Shown here: one piece after another, positions 41,576 through 53,114 of the stretch | How the letters are laid out: each line of letters begins with the position of its first letter | Numbering within the stretch: position 1 is the first letter of the stretch | Assembly (NCBI GenBank): GCA_004431415.1 | Contig: QPMI01000251.1 | Location: forward strand, 42,859-106,858 | Length of the DNA stretch: 64,000 nt | Source of the DNA: Cyanophora paradoxa CCMP329 | Lineage: Eukaryota; Plantae; Glaucophyta | Direction: 5' to 3' | Translations under genes and position numbers: made by a program | The notes under the pieces: generated by a model | What the model was told of the DNA's origin: nothing | Seen by the model: the letters and a program-made list of their open reading frames with translations, nothing else | Databases searched by the model: none

Positions 41576-43508
41576 AACAAGCGAGTCCCTGCGGAGCAGG
41601 AGTGGCCTTGGGTCTTGGGGCTTCAAGGCGCGGGGGTGGCAGCTCTTTCTTTTTAAACGGGGGCCCGCAACCGCGCGCGGTTACGGGGGAGGGGGGAGGA
41701 GAAATAGGGGGGTCCACTCGGCAAGGGTACACACTCAAGTGAGAGGGTACAGATCTAGAATTGTGCCGCAAGGGTACAGATATCGATGCGGGGCCCAATC
41801 GGCCGCAATTGTACCGAGTACAGGCCCCGACTCGGCGAGGGGCCCATTGGTCGTCTCAGCTGAATGAAAACGACTTTCGGCGCTTTTTGGAGGTGGTTAA
41901 TAATTATCTATGAACCATTCGAATGTAATTCGCAGTAATAAGGCTCTGTCTAAATTGTTTATTTTGATAATCTTTCAACTAACTCATCAAGTATATTTAA
42001 AACCCACCTCGTGGCACGCAACGACTCTGACTCATACAAATTTGCTGGCCGGCCCCGTGGCACTCCGTTAATTTGGAAACTATTTCCTAGCGAATGGGGT
42101 GCGGTCTCTTGAAATTAATAATTTTCAAATTTCGACTCGGACGACCAATGTTATTTGCGCTTTTCGTGAAAATGCTTTTCGATGCTTTTCGACGTGCTGT
42201 TACTGCCCATTAGAGGCCTCTCATAGGAAAACGGGCCGGACCATCGTGCTCCCCAGGGTCTAAAATGGGGTAGTAGGTGTCTTCAAAAATACGAATTTCG
42301 CTTTCTAAAATTTTGTGACAAGTGACCAACAGACAAGATCCGTGCTCCTGCGGAGCACTAAGTACGGCGAAGCCTCGCGGACGCCCTCACGTCTGTCACA
42401 GCAGAGGGGCCGGCACTGTTGAGCGCCCGGAGAGTAGGCGGCCAGCTCCAGCCCCGCCCAGGTGGCCCGGCTTGGAAAGCTTCTTCTACATCTCAAATGC
42501 TTATGCTATTGTTCCGCGCATGCACCGCGGCGTGGGCGCGCGGAAAGATGTCCGGGCCCGTGCAGGATCGAATTTTTGCCGCCGGCTGGGTTCTCGTGCT
42601 CTTTCGCGTCTTCGAAGCTTGTGGAAGGCTTAGATAAAATCCCAAATGAATATAGTAGCGATGGGCTCGCGTGAGGATGCGAGGGCGCGCGGAAAGACGT
42701 GCAGGTCCGTGAAGGATCGAATTTTCGGGGTCGGCTGGGTCCTCGCGGCCCGGCGCATCTGCAAAGCGTGGGGAACGCTTTGTCTACATCTCAGATGCTT
42801 ATGCTATTGTTCCGCGCATGCGCCGCGGAGCGGGCGCGCGGAAAGTTGCCCGGGTCTGTGCAGGATCGAATTTTTGCCGTCGGGTACCTTCCTGCGCTGT
42901 TCCGGCTCCGAAAAGCGGATTTCGGGCGTGCGCAGGCCCTGCTATGTCTATGCGCGCCAGTACGCATCGATTGCGCGCGTCGCGGGACCGGACGGGACCG
43001 GCCGGATCAAATGTTCGGCCGACGCTTCCCACTGGAGCGTCGAGGGCGCCCGAAATCGAGCTTGCAGCGATGCGCTCGCCCTCGTGCATCATTCTGTATC
43101 GTTCTGGGGCGCCCCTGGCGCGATTTCGTCGCGGGACCGGGCGGGACCGGGTCCCACCTTCTGACCCGGACTGCATTTGTCGGAGGTTAAGTACCGGAAT
43201 TGATCCAGAGGGAAATTCGATTTTCGTGCGATGCCCACGGGCGAGCGGTCGTCTTAGGGGAGCCAGGCCGCTAAAAATGGATCTAGAGAGGTCTGTGGGG
43301 GTTAGGGTAGCTGAGTCATTAGCGGCAATCGCGTCCGTGTCGAGGCAGAATTAATAATTCTGCCTCGAGGGAGTGCGACACGGAAATTATTTAGCAGGGG
43401 GGATCTTGAGTGGAAAAAAAGGTTAAAAAAGGAATTAGGGTCGTCGGTTTTTGGGTTTGAGAAAGAGGCTTCGCCTGACCTAAGGGCCTCTCCTTTCCCC
43501 AAGGCCGA
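41576..43508 (-). mobile_element. Non-autonomous Helentron/Helitron2-like (DINE-1/HINE-type) element, copy 1, probably composite
   Basis: Both ends are shared with 52295-53114: 45 identical bp (similarity to about 109 bp) at the left and 32 identical bp at the right. Short subterminal inverted repeat GGCCTTGGG/CCCAAGGCC. The minus-strand 3' end is hairpin CCTGC-TCC-GCAGG followed by GACTCGCTTGTT. Confidence 0.6.
42470..43160. repeat. Degenerate tandem repeat, period about 150 bp
   Basis: GGCGCGCGGAAAG...AGGATCGAATTTT at about 42535, 42685 and 42834. CTACATCTCA(A/G)ATGCTTATGCTATTGTTCCGCGCATGC at about 42486 and 42784. GTCGCGGGACCGG at about 42979 and 43128. Confidence 0.75.
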
Positions 43509-43785
43509 TCAAGTTGAATGGCGCCCTCGGATTTGGGGGGGTTGAGTGACTTGAGTCCCGGTTGACTCGGTCATTAGCAACTTGCAAGTTCGCTTGCGGA
43601 GCCTTGCGCATGCAAACTTTGCAAAGCCAACGCGGCGGCGGCGCCTTATAAGCTTGCATTTTGCATTTGCTGCGGATCGATATCCGGATTCCGGAGGTTG
43701 GCGATGGCTCTCGGAGTCTCGGAGGAGTCGGAGCTTGAACCGTGAACTTGTTCGAAAAATTCATCGGTCCCCAGACTTCCCCCCC

Positions 43786-44350
43786 CCCCCGGCCCTCCCG
43801 CCGGGCCCCCGGCAGGGTTCCGGCCGAAAAATTTTTCGAAAAATAAAACAAAATTTTTTGTAAAATTTTTTGCAAAATTTTTTGGTCTCGGCTGGACGCT
43901 CAAAAAATTTTGCTCGAGAAAATATTCGGGGGGCCCTTTTCTCGTGCAGAACACGTCGTAATAAGCTTCCTATACGTATCTCTTGCATGTATAATGAAGT
44001 TTAAGCGATAAGCAATGCGATAGGGGCACTCTGCACGTCGATAAGGTTCAGACCTCACTGTACCCCTGGCGAGCCCTAGGAAATTCATGAGTGTGCCTTC
44101 GCCCAAATGGGCTCGAAATAAAACTTCTGACCACTTCCCATGCTACAAGAATGTTAAGAGGACCTTAAGAGCACGTTTAGAGCGCGTTTGCGCGCCTCTG
44201 GAACGTGCCTTCTCGTTTGTATGGCAAAAAAATTTTGAGAAATTTTTCAAAAATTTTTAAAACTTTTTAAAATTTTTTGGGGGTCTCCTGGGCCCACAAA
44301 AAATTTTGGAACTCTGGCCCCCGGGGGGCCGGCGGGGGCCCGGGCCGGCC
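43786..44350. repeat. Two clusters of phased A/T tracts flanked by loosely inverted GC-rich arms
   Basis: AAAATTTTTT-type tracts every 10-12 bp at 43827-43925 and 44226-44310. CCCGCCGGGCCCCCGGCAGGGTTCC (about 43797) is loosely the reverse complement of GGAACTCTGGCCCCCGGGGGGCCGGCGGG (about 44309). Confidence 0.55.
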
Positions 44351-44730
44351 GCGGCCCCCTTCGATTCGAGCTTCTCGGAATCTCGGGCGCCCGCGGCCGG
44401 CGCCGCCTCGAGTTCGACTCCCGGCCCTCGAGCCATATATGTATATGCATACGCACCAGCGCTGGAGCACGTGCTGCCTTCTCGCAAAGGAGGCGCGCGG
44501 CGCAGCGCTGACTCCGTGAAGCGCGCGCCCTCGGCCTAAAAACCTGCAGGGCGCTGCCGGCCGCGGCCGCGGGGACGCACCGGCGAGCCTTGCAATTGGA
44601 GTCGCGGAGCGCGGAGCGGTTAACGAGTTGGAAGCCTCCAGCTCGGGCACGCTGGTCTCGCAGCTCTCAGCTGCTCTCAGCTGCAGCCTAGCCTGGCCGG
44701 CGCCCGGCCGGCGCCGCGGCCGTCGACGTC

Positions 44731-47700
44731 ATGCGGCGTGCGATTGCGCCGGTCCCGGGCGGAGCCGCTGGAGGCCTGGGAAGCATCGGGCACGCGCCAC
44801 TCAACCTTGACGGCAGCGCGTCCGCGGCGCCGGCGCCCCCGCGCCCGCCGTCCGTACACAGCCTTGGCCATGGCCTCGAAGGCCCCAACGTGTCGGCGCG
44901 CTCCTCGACCGAGCCCATTATGCTCTCATTCCGAGCCCGCTCCGACGGGCTTAAGCCGCCTCATAGGTGCCCGCGCGTCCGCATCCCGCAACGAATGCGT
45001 TTTATCCCGCGGCCGCGGCTGACCGTGCCGGGCGCCGGCGCGCGCCCCTTCCGGATCCGCGCGCGCGGCAGGCGCATGCGCGTTGCCGGCTCGAAGAAGC
45101 TCTCCATCCGTTTCCTCTTCGTGCTCCTGTCCGTCGTCTACATCGTAGTCGCAACCTGCGTGCGCCCCCGGCCGCGGCCGCCTCGGCGCCGGTCGGCGCC
45201 CTTGCAATTGGCCATGGCCGTGATGGTGCTCTTGAAGCCGAACCGGGCCCTCGCGCTCGCAGGTGACGTGGGCTGTCACGTACGTCTTCGCTTTGCGCAA
45301 CATCCGGTGCGCGTGCGCGCCGGCGCGGCGCGGCGCGGCGCGGGCTGCGCGGCGCGGCGCGGCGCCGGCAGCGCCATGGCCAGCGCTAGCGCTCGCAATC
45401 GCGCCGGCTCACGGCGGGGCAGGGAGATCACTGCGGCGCTGCTGGACGAGGCGCGCGAGAGCACAGTCCAGTCGGTCACCGTGCGGCCCGCGGCGCCCGC
45501 CGCCCCCCGGCCCCGCTCGCGCGCTGAGAGGGGTGGGGCGTCAGGGGTACGTCACGACGGCGCAGACCATCAACCTCCGGACCCGCAGCGGCTTCGAGAG
45601 CGTGCGCGCGGCCGCCCGCCCCGCGAGCCCGCCCGCGCCGAAGCGAAGCCTCGGGGGCGCGCAGGGCCTGCTGACGCAGGGGGCCTGGCGCAAGACGCTC
45701 GAGGTCGGCCGCCCCCGCCCCTCCCCGCCCCCCCCCGCCCCCCCCTCCCCCCCCCCCCCCCCCCCCCCCCCCCCCGCCCGGCCCCTCGGGCCGCCCCGCG
45801 CGCCTCCCCTCGGCCCCTCGCCGAGCCGCGGGGCGCAGTTCATGGCGGCGAGCGTGGGCGCCGCGGCGAGCTCCTTCCCGAGGTCGCCGCCGTCGCCGCC
45901 GCCGTCCGCTTCGCCGGTGCGCACCCCCGCCCCGCCGCCCCGCAGCCCCTGACCGCCCGCGCGCACCCCGCCAGACTCCACGATCCTCGGCATCCGGAAC
46001 TGCCGGCGGGGCGGGCTGCACGGCTGCAGGGAGCCCGACGTGTACCACTCGAACGGTGCGCCGCGCGCCGCGCGCGCGGGGCCGGCCCCGGGCGGGCCCC
46101 GGCCCCCGCCGACGCCGGGGGGCGGGCAGGGACGCACTTCAGCTACTACGCGGGTCCGACCGGGGGCAGTCCCTCGCCCTCCTCGTGCGCCCGCCTCCCC
46201 CGGCACCCCGCCCCGGCCCCGGGCCCCCGTGAGTCGGCCCCGGGGCGTGCGCAGTGGTCGGAGCCGGCGCCGTCGACCGTCTCGGGCATGTGCGTGTCCC
46301 CTTCGACGCCCCGACGCCCGGCCGCCCCGTCGCCGACGCCGGGGCCGGGGCCGGTGCAGGTGGCGGGAGGTGGCGGCGAGCGCCGGCCTCGCGAACTGGC
46401 ACGACCTCGTCGTCCTCCGCCTCAGCGTCGCGGCCCGCCCCGCCCCCGCCCCGGCCCCGCCCCGGCGCCCCTCACAGGCGCGCAGAACTGGGGCCCCCTC
46501 AACCGCATCGCCTTCGAGTGCGCCCCGCCCGCCGCCCCGCCGCCCCGCCCCCGCGTCCGACCCCGAGGCGGACAGGTACGGGACGGGCATCCGCGTGCGG
46601 CCGCCGCCGGAGGAGCTCGGCCTGCCGCTGCCGGCCGGCCTCCCGCGGGAGGCCCCCGCCCGGGGCCGCCCCCGCCCGACGCCCCCGGCGAGATGGCCGC
46701 CATCTCCGTGGCCCGCCCCGGCCCCGCCCCGCCCCGCCCGCCCCTCGCCCGCGCTGAGGGGCGGCAGGTGTCGGTGGGCGTGGGGCCCTCTCGGCGTTCC
46801 TGCGGGGGACGCGGCTGGCGCGGGACGGCGTCGTGGTCGTGACGACCCCGCGGGGGCCATGGTCGCCACCTCCACGGGGACCCCGCCCACCTCGTCGACC
46901 CCGCCGTCCGCCCCCCGGGCCCCGCCGGGCCCCGCCCCGCCCCCCCGCCGAGCGCGCGGGGCGCAGGGGCAGCCGGTGCTGGCGTCGCGGAGCCCGTCGC
47001 CCCTCATCCTGGCGCTGGTGGGGGAGGGGGGGGGGCGGGCGGCCCCCGCGCGGGGCTCCTTCCTGACGCTGGCGGCGGAGGGCTGGCCCTACTACTACTC
47101 CCGCGCCTCCGTCTCCCTCGAGCCGAACCTCAACTGGACCATGCCCGCCCCCGCCCCCGCCCCCGCCCCCGCCCCCGGCGGGGCCTGACGGGCAGGGGGT
47201 AGCTTTCTTGCGGTGCGGGAGGAGGCGGTGGTGGCGCAGATCAGCTCCTCCCTCACCGTCATCTCCTCCGCCAACGCCGCCTGGTCGCCCCGCCCCGCCC
47301 CGCCCCCGCGCGGCCTCCGGGCGCGCCGGCTGAGGCCGGGAGGCGGGGCGGCAGGCTGGTGGTGAGCGTGGCGGGGGCGGTGCTGGCGGGGCTGCGGGTG
47401 ACGCGGCCGCTGGCCGAGCTGCACGCGCAGCTCGAGCGCGTCCTCGAGACCCTCGTCGCCATGACCCGCGAGCTCCGCGCCCGCCTCGCCGAGGGCGCCC
47501 CGGGGCCCGGCCGCCGCGCCTCCCTCGCCTCCACAGCCTCCCTCTCCGACCCCGACGCGCCCGACCCGGCCGGGCCCGCCCCCGAGCCGCCCGATCGCGA
47601 CGCCTACCGCCCCGGCGACGAGAGCAAGCCGGCGAGGTCCGCCCGCCCCACCCGCCGGCCGCGGCGGGACGGGGGCCTGAGGGGGCGCAGCCCGCGGGCG

Positions 47701-50700
47701 GGGGAGGGGCGCGGGCGGCGCCGGGGCTGGCGTCGAGCTTCAGCGAGCTGGCGCGCTTCGAGCCGCTGCTGGCGCGCGTGCACGCGCGCTTCTCCGCCTT
47801 CGCGGGGCTCCTCTCCGCGAGAACCAGGCCCGCGTCGGTCCGCCCCGCCCCCCACCCCATCCTTCGCCTCGCTCAGCGGGGCGGCAGAGACGCGGGCGCG
47901 GGCGGAGGCCGTCTCCAAGTTCCTCTCCACCATGTCCCACGAGAGCGCGCCCCGCCCCGCCCCGCCCCCGCGCCCCGGGCCCGAGCTCTCTCGCGCAGTG
48001 CGGACGCCGCTGAACGGCATCCTCGGCATGCTCGTGCGCCCCCGCCCGCCCCGCCCGGCGCCCGCCGCCGGCCCCGAGCCCCGCGCCGCCGCCGGGCAGG
48101 AGCTGGCGTCGGACTTGGAGCTGCCGGGGGAGGCGGCGGGGTACCTGGCGGCCGCCTCGCGGTGCGGGGAGCACCTCCTCTTCATCGTCTCCGACCTGCT
48201 CGACTTCCAGCGCATGGAGTCCGGCGCCCTCGCCCTCCGCCAGGCGCCCCCGCCCCCCGCCCCGCCCCGCGGGGCCGCCTCAGAGGGACGGGGCGGCAGG
48301 TGGCGCTGGACGTGCGCGAGGTCCTCGCCAGCGCCCTCAAGATGCTCGAGGCCCGCCCCCGCCCCCGCCCTCCCTGCGCGCAGGCGGGGGGCGAGGCGGG
48401 CCGGGGGCGGGCAGGTGCAGGCGGAGGCGAAGGGCGTGGAGCTGCGGGCCGAGGTGGAGGCCGGCGTGCCCGCGGCGCTCCTCTCCGACCCCAACCGCCT
48501 CCGCCGTCCGCCCCCCGCCCCGGCCCCGCGCAGCGCCGCGCTGACGGCCCCGCGCAGAGGTCCTCCTCAACCTCATCGGTGCCGGCCCCCCGCCCCCGCC
48601 GCCCGCCCCTCACCCCGCGCCCCTTCCCCCGCCCCCGCTCCCGCAGGCAACGCGCTCAAGGTCCGTCGGCGGCCCCCGCCGGCGGCCTCCGCCGCCCCCG
48701 CCGGCCCTGAGGCGGGGCGGCAGTACTCGCCGGCCGGCTCGGGCCCCATCGGAGTGCGCGTCGCCCTCGAGAGCGGCGCCGGCGCAGCCGGCACGCCCTC
48801 CCCGAGCGCCCCACCGGAGCCGGCGCGGTGGTCCTCCGCTTCGAGGTCGCCGACACGGGTGCGGCCGGCGGAGCCCCGCCCCCGCCCCCGCCCCGCCGCC
48901 CCTCACCGGCGGCGCCTGCTCGCCCCGGGCGGGCGGCAGGGCTGGGGATCCCGCTGGAGGAGCAGCCGCTGCTCTTCGCCCCCTTCTTCCGCGCCCGTGT
49001 CGAGGGCGGGCCCGACCCGGCGGCACCGGTCCCGCCCCGCCCCGCCGCCCCGCCCCGCCGCGGGGCCCGGGGCGAGGCGGCGGCAGGGCTCGGGCTGGCG
49101 ATCTGCAAGGAGCTCGTGCAGCGCGCGGGGGGGCGATTGGGTGCACCAGCGAGCCCGGGCGCGGCTCCACCTTCCACTTTACCTGGCCCTTCCTCCCCGG
49201 CACGTTTTCGAGCTCGAGCCCCCCGGCCCCCCGCCCCTCCCGCCTGACGCCGGCCCGCAGCCCCGAGGAGGCCCCGCCCCAACGCCGCCGCCGCCCCCGC
49301 GGTGGGCCCCCGCCCCCGCCCGCCCCCTCCTCCCCTCGAGCATGCGCGCGCAGGGCGGCCTTGCAATTGGCGGCGCTGCCGGAGCCCGCCCCGCCGCGCC
49401 TGCCGCCGCTGCAGGCGCTGCCGTCGCCGCGGGGCCCGGCGCCGGTGGAGGAGGCCGCCGCCCGCCGCGTGCTCGTCGTCGAAGGCGCGCCGCGTGCCGG
49501 GCCCCGCGGGGCCCCCGCCGCCGCTGAGGGCGGGGCGGGGGCAGACGACGAGGTGACGCAGCGCGTGGTGGCGGCGACGCTGAAGCGGGCGGGGCACGCC
49601 GCCCTCGTCGCCCGCCACGGCGCCGAGGCCCGCCCCCGCCCCGGCCCCGCGCGGGGAGCGCGGGCGGGGCGCCGACCCTCGCGCAGGCGGTGGAGCTCTT
49701 CGGTGCGGCGGCGGAGGCGGCCCCGCGCGGCGCCCGCGCCTTCGACTGCATCTTCATGGGCCCGCCCCGCCCGCCCCCGCCCCAGGGCCCCGCCCCGCTG
49801 ACGGGCGGCCGCGGGCAGACTGCTCGATGCCGGTGCTGGACGGGTACCGGGCGACGGAGGCGATCCGGGGGCTCGAGGCGGCGCGGGGCCTCCCCCGCCA
49901 CCCCATCGTCGCCTTCACCGCCCACGGCGACGCCGACGGTGAGCGCCGGCCCCCGCCCGGCTCCCCCGCGGGGGCGAGCGGGGCGCGGGGCCCCCGCAGA
50001 CGAGGACCTGTGCCGGCGGGCGGGGATGGACCTCTTCCTCATCAAGCCCGTCCGCCGCGCCGCCCTCCTCGCCAAGGCAGGCGGCGCCCCGCCCCACCCG
50101 CCCCGCGCCCCGCTGTGCTGAGGCTCGGGGCCCCGCGGCCGCAGCTCGCGGAGGCGGTGGCCGGCGGCGCTGCCGGCGGGCCCCTCCCCGCTTTCCCCGC
50201 GGCCGCGCCGGCGCCGCACGCTGTCTCCGCCCCCGCCGCGCTGGCCCCCGCGCCGCCCTCGCCCCGCGGCCGGCCCGCGGGGCCGCTCTCGCGAGCGCCG
50301 GCGAAGCCCTCCTCGAGCCCCCACCCCCGCGGGGCCCCTCCTTCCCCTTCCCCGCCCCCGCCCCCGCCCCCGGCGCGGGCCCCTCCGCCGCGGAGGGAAG
50401 GGAGCCGGCGGGCGAGCAGACCGTCCTCGTCGTGGTGAGCCGCCCGCCCCGCGGGGCCCTGAGCCCAAATTAAAGCGCGGGACCGGCGGGGCCCTCACGG
50501 GGCCGGGAGCAGGACGACGTGGAGATGAACCGGCGCGTGCTCGTCGGCCTCGCCCGCAGGGAGGGCCTCCCCGTGCGGCCCCTCCCCCGCGCTGGCGCCG
50601 CCCCGCCTCGCGCTGGCGCCCGAGGCCTTGCCTGCGGCAGGTGGAGACGGCGGGGGACGGGGAGGAGGCGGTGGCGGCCTTCGCGGCGCGCGCCGCCGCC

Positions 50701-51217
50701 GGCCGCCGCTTCGCCCTCATCCTCATGGACATCCAGGCCCGCCCCGCCCCGGCCCGGCCCGCCCCGGCCTGCTCGGTGCGAGGGGGCGGCAGATGCCGCG
50801 GATGGACGGGCGGCAGGCGGCGGCGCGCATCCGCGAACTCGAGGGCGAGCTGCGCCTCCCCGCCCCCACCCCCATCGTCGGTCCGCCCCGCCCCGCCCCC
50901 TCGCCCGCCCGCCGCCCGCACGGCGCCGCGCGCTGAGAGGCGGGGGCAGCGTGCACGGCGTTCAGCGACAGGGGCGCCTCCCTCGAGGCCGGCATGCAGG
51001 ACCACCTCCAGGCCCGCCCCGCCCCCGCTCCCCGCCCCCGCCCGCCCTGGGCCTGACTCGAGCTCGGCGACCGGCGCAGAAGCCGGTGACGCGCGCGGCG
51101 CTCCTTCCCGTCCTCAGGCGCTACTGCCCCGCCCCGGCCCCCGAGGGGGCCAGCCCCGCGGCCGCCCCGGGGCCCCCCGCGCCCCCAGGGCCGCCCGCGA
51201 AGCTCTCCCCCGCATGA
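44731..51217 (+). CDS. Membrane-bound hybrid sensor histidine kinase with two receiver domains (highly spliced)
   Basis: After splicing: TM1 IRFLFVLLSVVYIVVATCVTWAVTYVFAL, TM2 LVVSVAGAVLAGLRVTRPLAEL, H-box SKFLSTMSHEMRTPLNGILGML, N-box RLRQVLLNLIGNALKYS, G1 FEVADTGLGIP, G2 GLGLAICKELV. REC1 is VLVVEDD..FDCIFMDCSMPVLDG..FLIKPV and REC2 is VLVVDD..LILMDIQMPRMDG..HLQKPV. Stop at 51215-51217. Several exons have apparent indel errors. Confidence 0.93.
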
Positions 51218-51509
51218 CGTGACTCGGTGACGTGACGCGGAGCTCGAACCCGTCGGGGGGAGCCTGGGCCCCGAACTGCTCGCCCATGGCCAGCGCTAGC
51301 TGCCAGGCTGCCGCAGTGCCGCAGTGCAGATAATCGGATCTAGAGCGAGGCTCGTTTCCACCCCCGACTCGGTGACTCAGTGACAGAACAGCCAGGAAAC
51401 ATCTCCCTTATTATTTATCACAGCACTATAATTCTACTACTTTCTCAAGCATCCAAGCTTATTCCATGTTTCATATGCATTAATATTGGCATAATATGCA
51501 GTGCGGCAT

Positions 51510-51916
51510 ATGTCAGATTTTCCTACTGTTCTACCGCCTTTGCCTCCTGCGACTACGTCTTCTAGTTCTGCTGTTAGCTCTGTCTTGTCGTCTTCGTCTA
51601 GATCTTCGTCTTCGACTGTAGTTCCTCGTGCTCGTTCTCCTTATTTGCTGCGTCCCCGTGCTCCTCGTCGTTCTAGTGTGACTAGTACTTCTGCATCGAC
51701 GCCCTTGAGCTCTTCTACTCCTTCTCCTCGTGCTCGTTCTCCTTATCTTTTGCGTTCTTCTGATCGTGTCCTTTCTCGTGATCCCTCTTGATTCTGTATA
51801 TATTTTGTGCTAGTTTACTGTATCTTTGATTTGTGATTGCTTTGTTGTCTTTAATATCACTACCTACGGGGGGTTCGCCCCACCGTAGTCTCTCAAAAAA
51901 AAAATGTCAGATTTTC
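51510..51916 (+). mobile_element. 5'-truncated non-LTR retrotransposon 3' end with poly(A) and 13-bp TSD
   Basis: ATGTCAGATTTTC at 51510-51522 and 51904-51916 flanks a T-rich insert of about 380 bp. The insert has an ORF tail (stop 51791), hairpin CTACGG-GGGG-TTCG-CCCC-A-CCGTAG (51864-51888) and A10 (51895-51904). Confidence 0.88.
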
Positions 51917-52294
51917 ATTATTATTTCATGTCACAGTGTGCAGACTTTCACATCAGAATATGTTTCTCAGCCTCAGCTAGCTATAGAGTCTCGAGCTCAT
52001 GATCACTGATACTCCCCCGTAGATAGATCATCATCGTAGACTCGTAGAGATAGATCATCTCGGATGAGGATCTCATCACACCGTGGTCACCGGGTGGTAT
52101 TGTGGCCCTGCAGCTGAGGGCCGCGGGCTACCATCGGTTCACTCTCACTCTAGATCTACTGGCCGGGCCCAGTGGCCACTGCACAGTGCCGCTGAGCCAG
52201 TGTGGAAGATGAAGGTCCCTTCCTCGCCAAGACCTCGAGCTCGTCCCCGAGATCTGCCGTGCAGATCATGATCATCGATCATGAGTAACTTAGT

Positions 52295-53114
52295 AACAAG
52301 CGAGTCCCTGCGGAGCAGGAGTGGCCTTGGGTCTTGGGGTCTCAAGACGTGAGGGTGGCCGCTCTTTGTTTTAAAACGGGGTCCCGCAACCGCGCGCGGT
52401 TACGTATACTGTTGAGAGGACTATGCCGCCTACAGCTAGAAGCTTCTAGCTTGGTCTAGCTAGCGCCATGCGCCAGCGATACGTCTGCTGGCTTCGTCGA
52501 CGTCGTATAGCTATGTAGCAACGCCTGCTGGCGCGCGCCGGCGGCGAGCCTGCCAGGCTGGCGCGGCCGGCGAGCCTGCCAGGCTGGCGCGGCCGGCGCG
52601 CGCCGGCGTCCGACGCGTACGGTCGATATCGATCGCGACGTCGGCGCCGGCGCGCGCGGCGCTCAGCGGCTGGCGCTGCTCAGCGCGCGGCTAGCGCTAG
52701 CGCTATAGCTAGCGCTCGATCGTTGATCGCGATCGTTTTGCGAACCGACGCGCGGCGATTCCGCCGGCGAAGCGCCTAGTGACTCCAGCCTTCCAGCCGG
52801 GTACAGAGGCTCTTTGCAATTTCCATCGGCGAAGGGGAAGCAAGCTGGAACCAATGACAATCGCGCTTGTCCGTGAATGGGTGAATTGACTTTTTGTGCC
52901 AATGGCGATCAGGCTTGACGCGAACAATTTCGTTCGTACGTGCTGTTAGTGCTTGTTAGATCTAGAGGTGTCGCATTTGAAAAGTAGCCCGGCCATCGTG
53001 TTCCCTAGGGTCGAAAATGGGTACCTAGGTCCAAAAATTTTGACCTGAATCGCATTTTGAATCCACTGACAAGACAGGCACAGACCTAAGGGCCTCTCCT
53101 TTCCCCAAGGCCGA
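52295..53114 (-). mobile_element. Non-autonomous Helentron/Helitron2-like element, copy 2
   Basis: Same two termini as 41576-43508 around a mostly different interior. GACA/GACAGGCACAGAC microsatellite-like tract next to the right end. Internal CCATCGTGTTCCCTAGGGTCGAAAATGGG (about 52993) resembles 42241. Confidence 0.62.

Noticed and set aside
43298-43312. GGGTTAGGG telomere-like motif
   Set aside because: It is a single occurrence, not an array.
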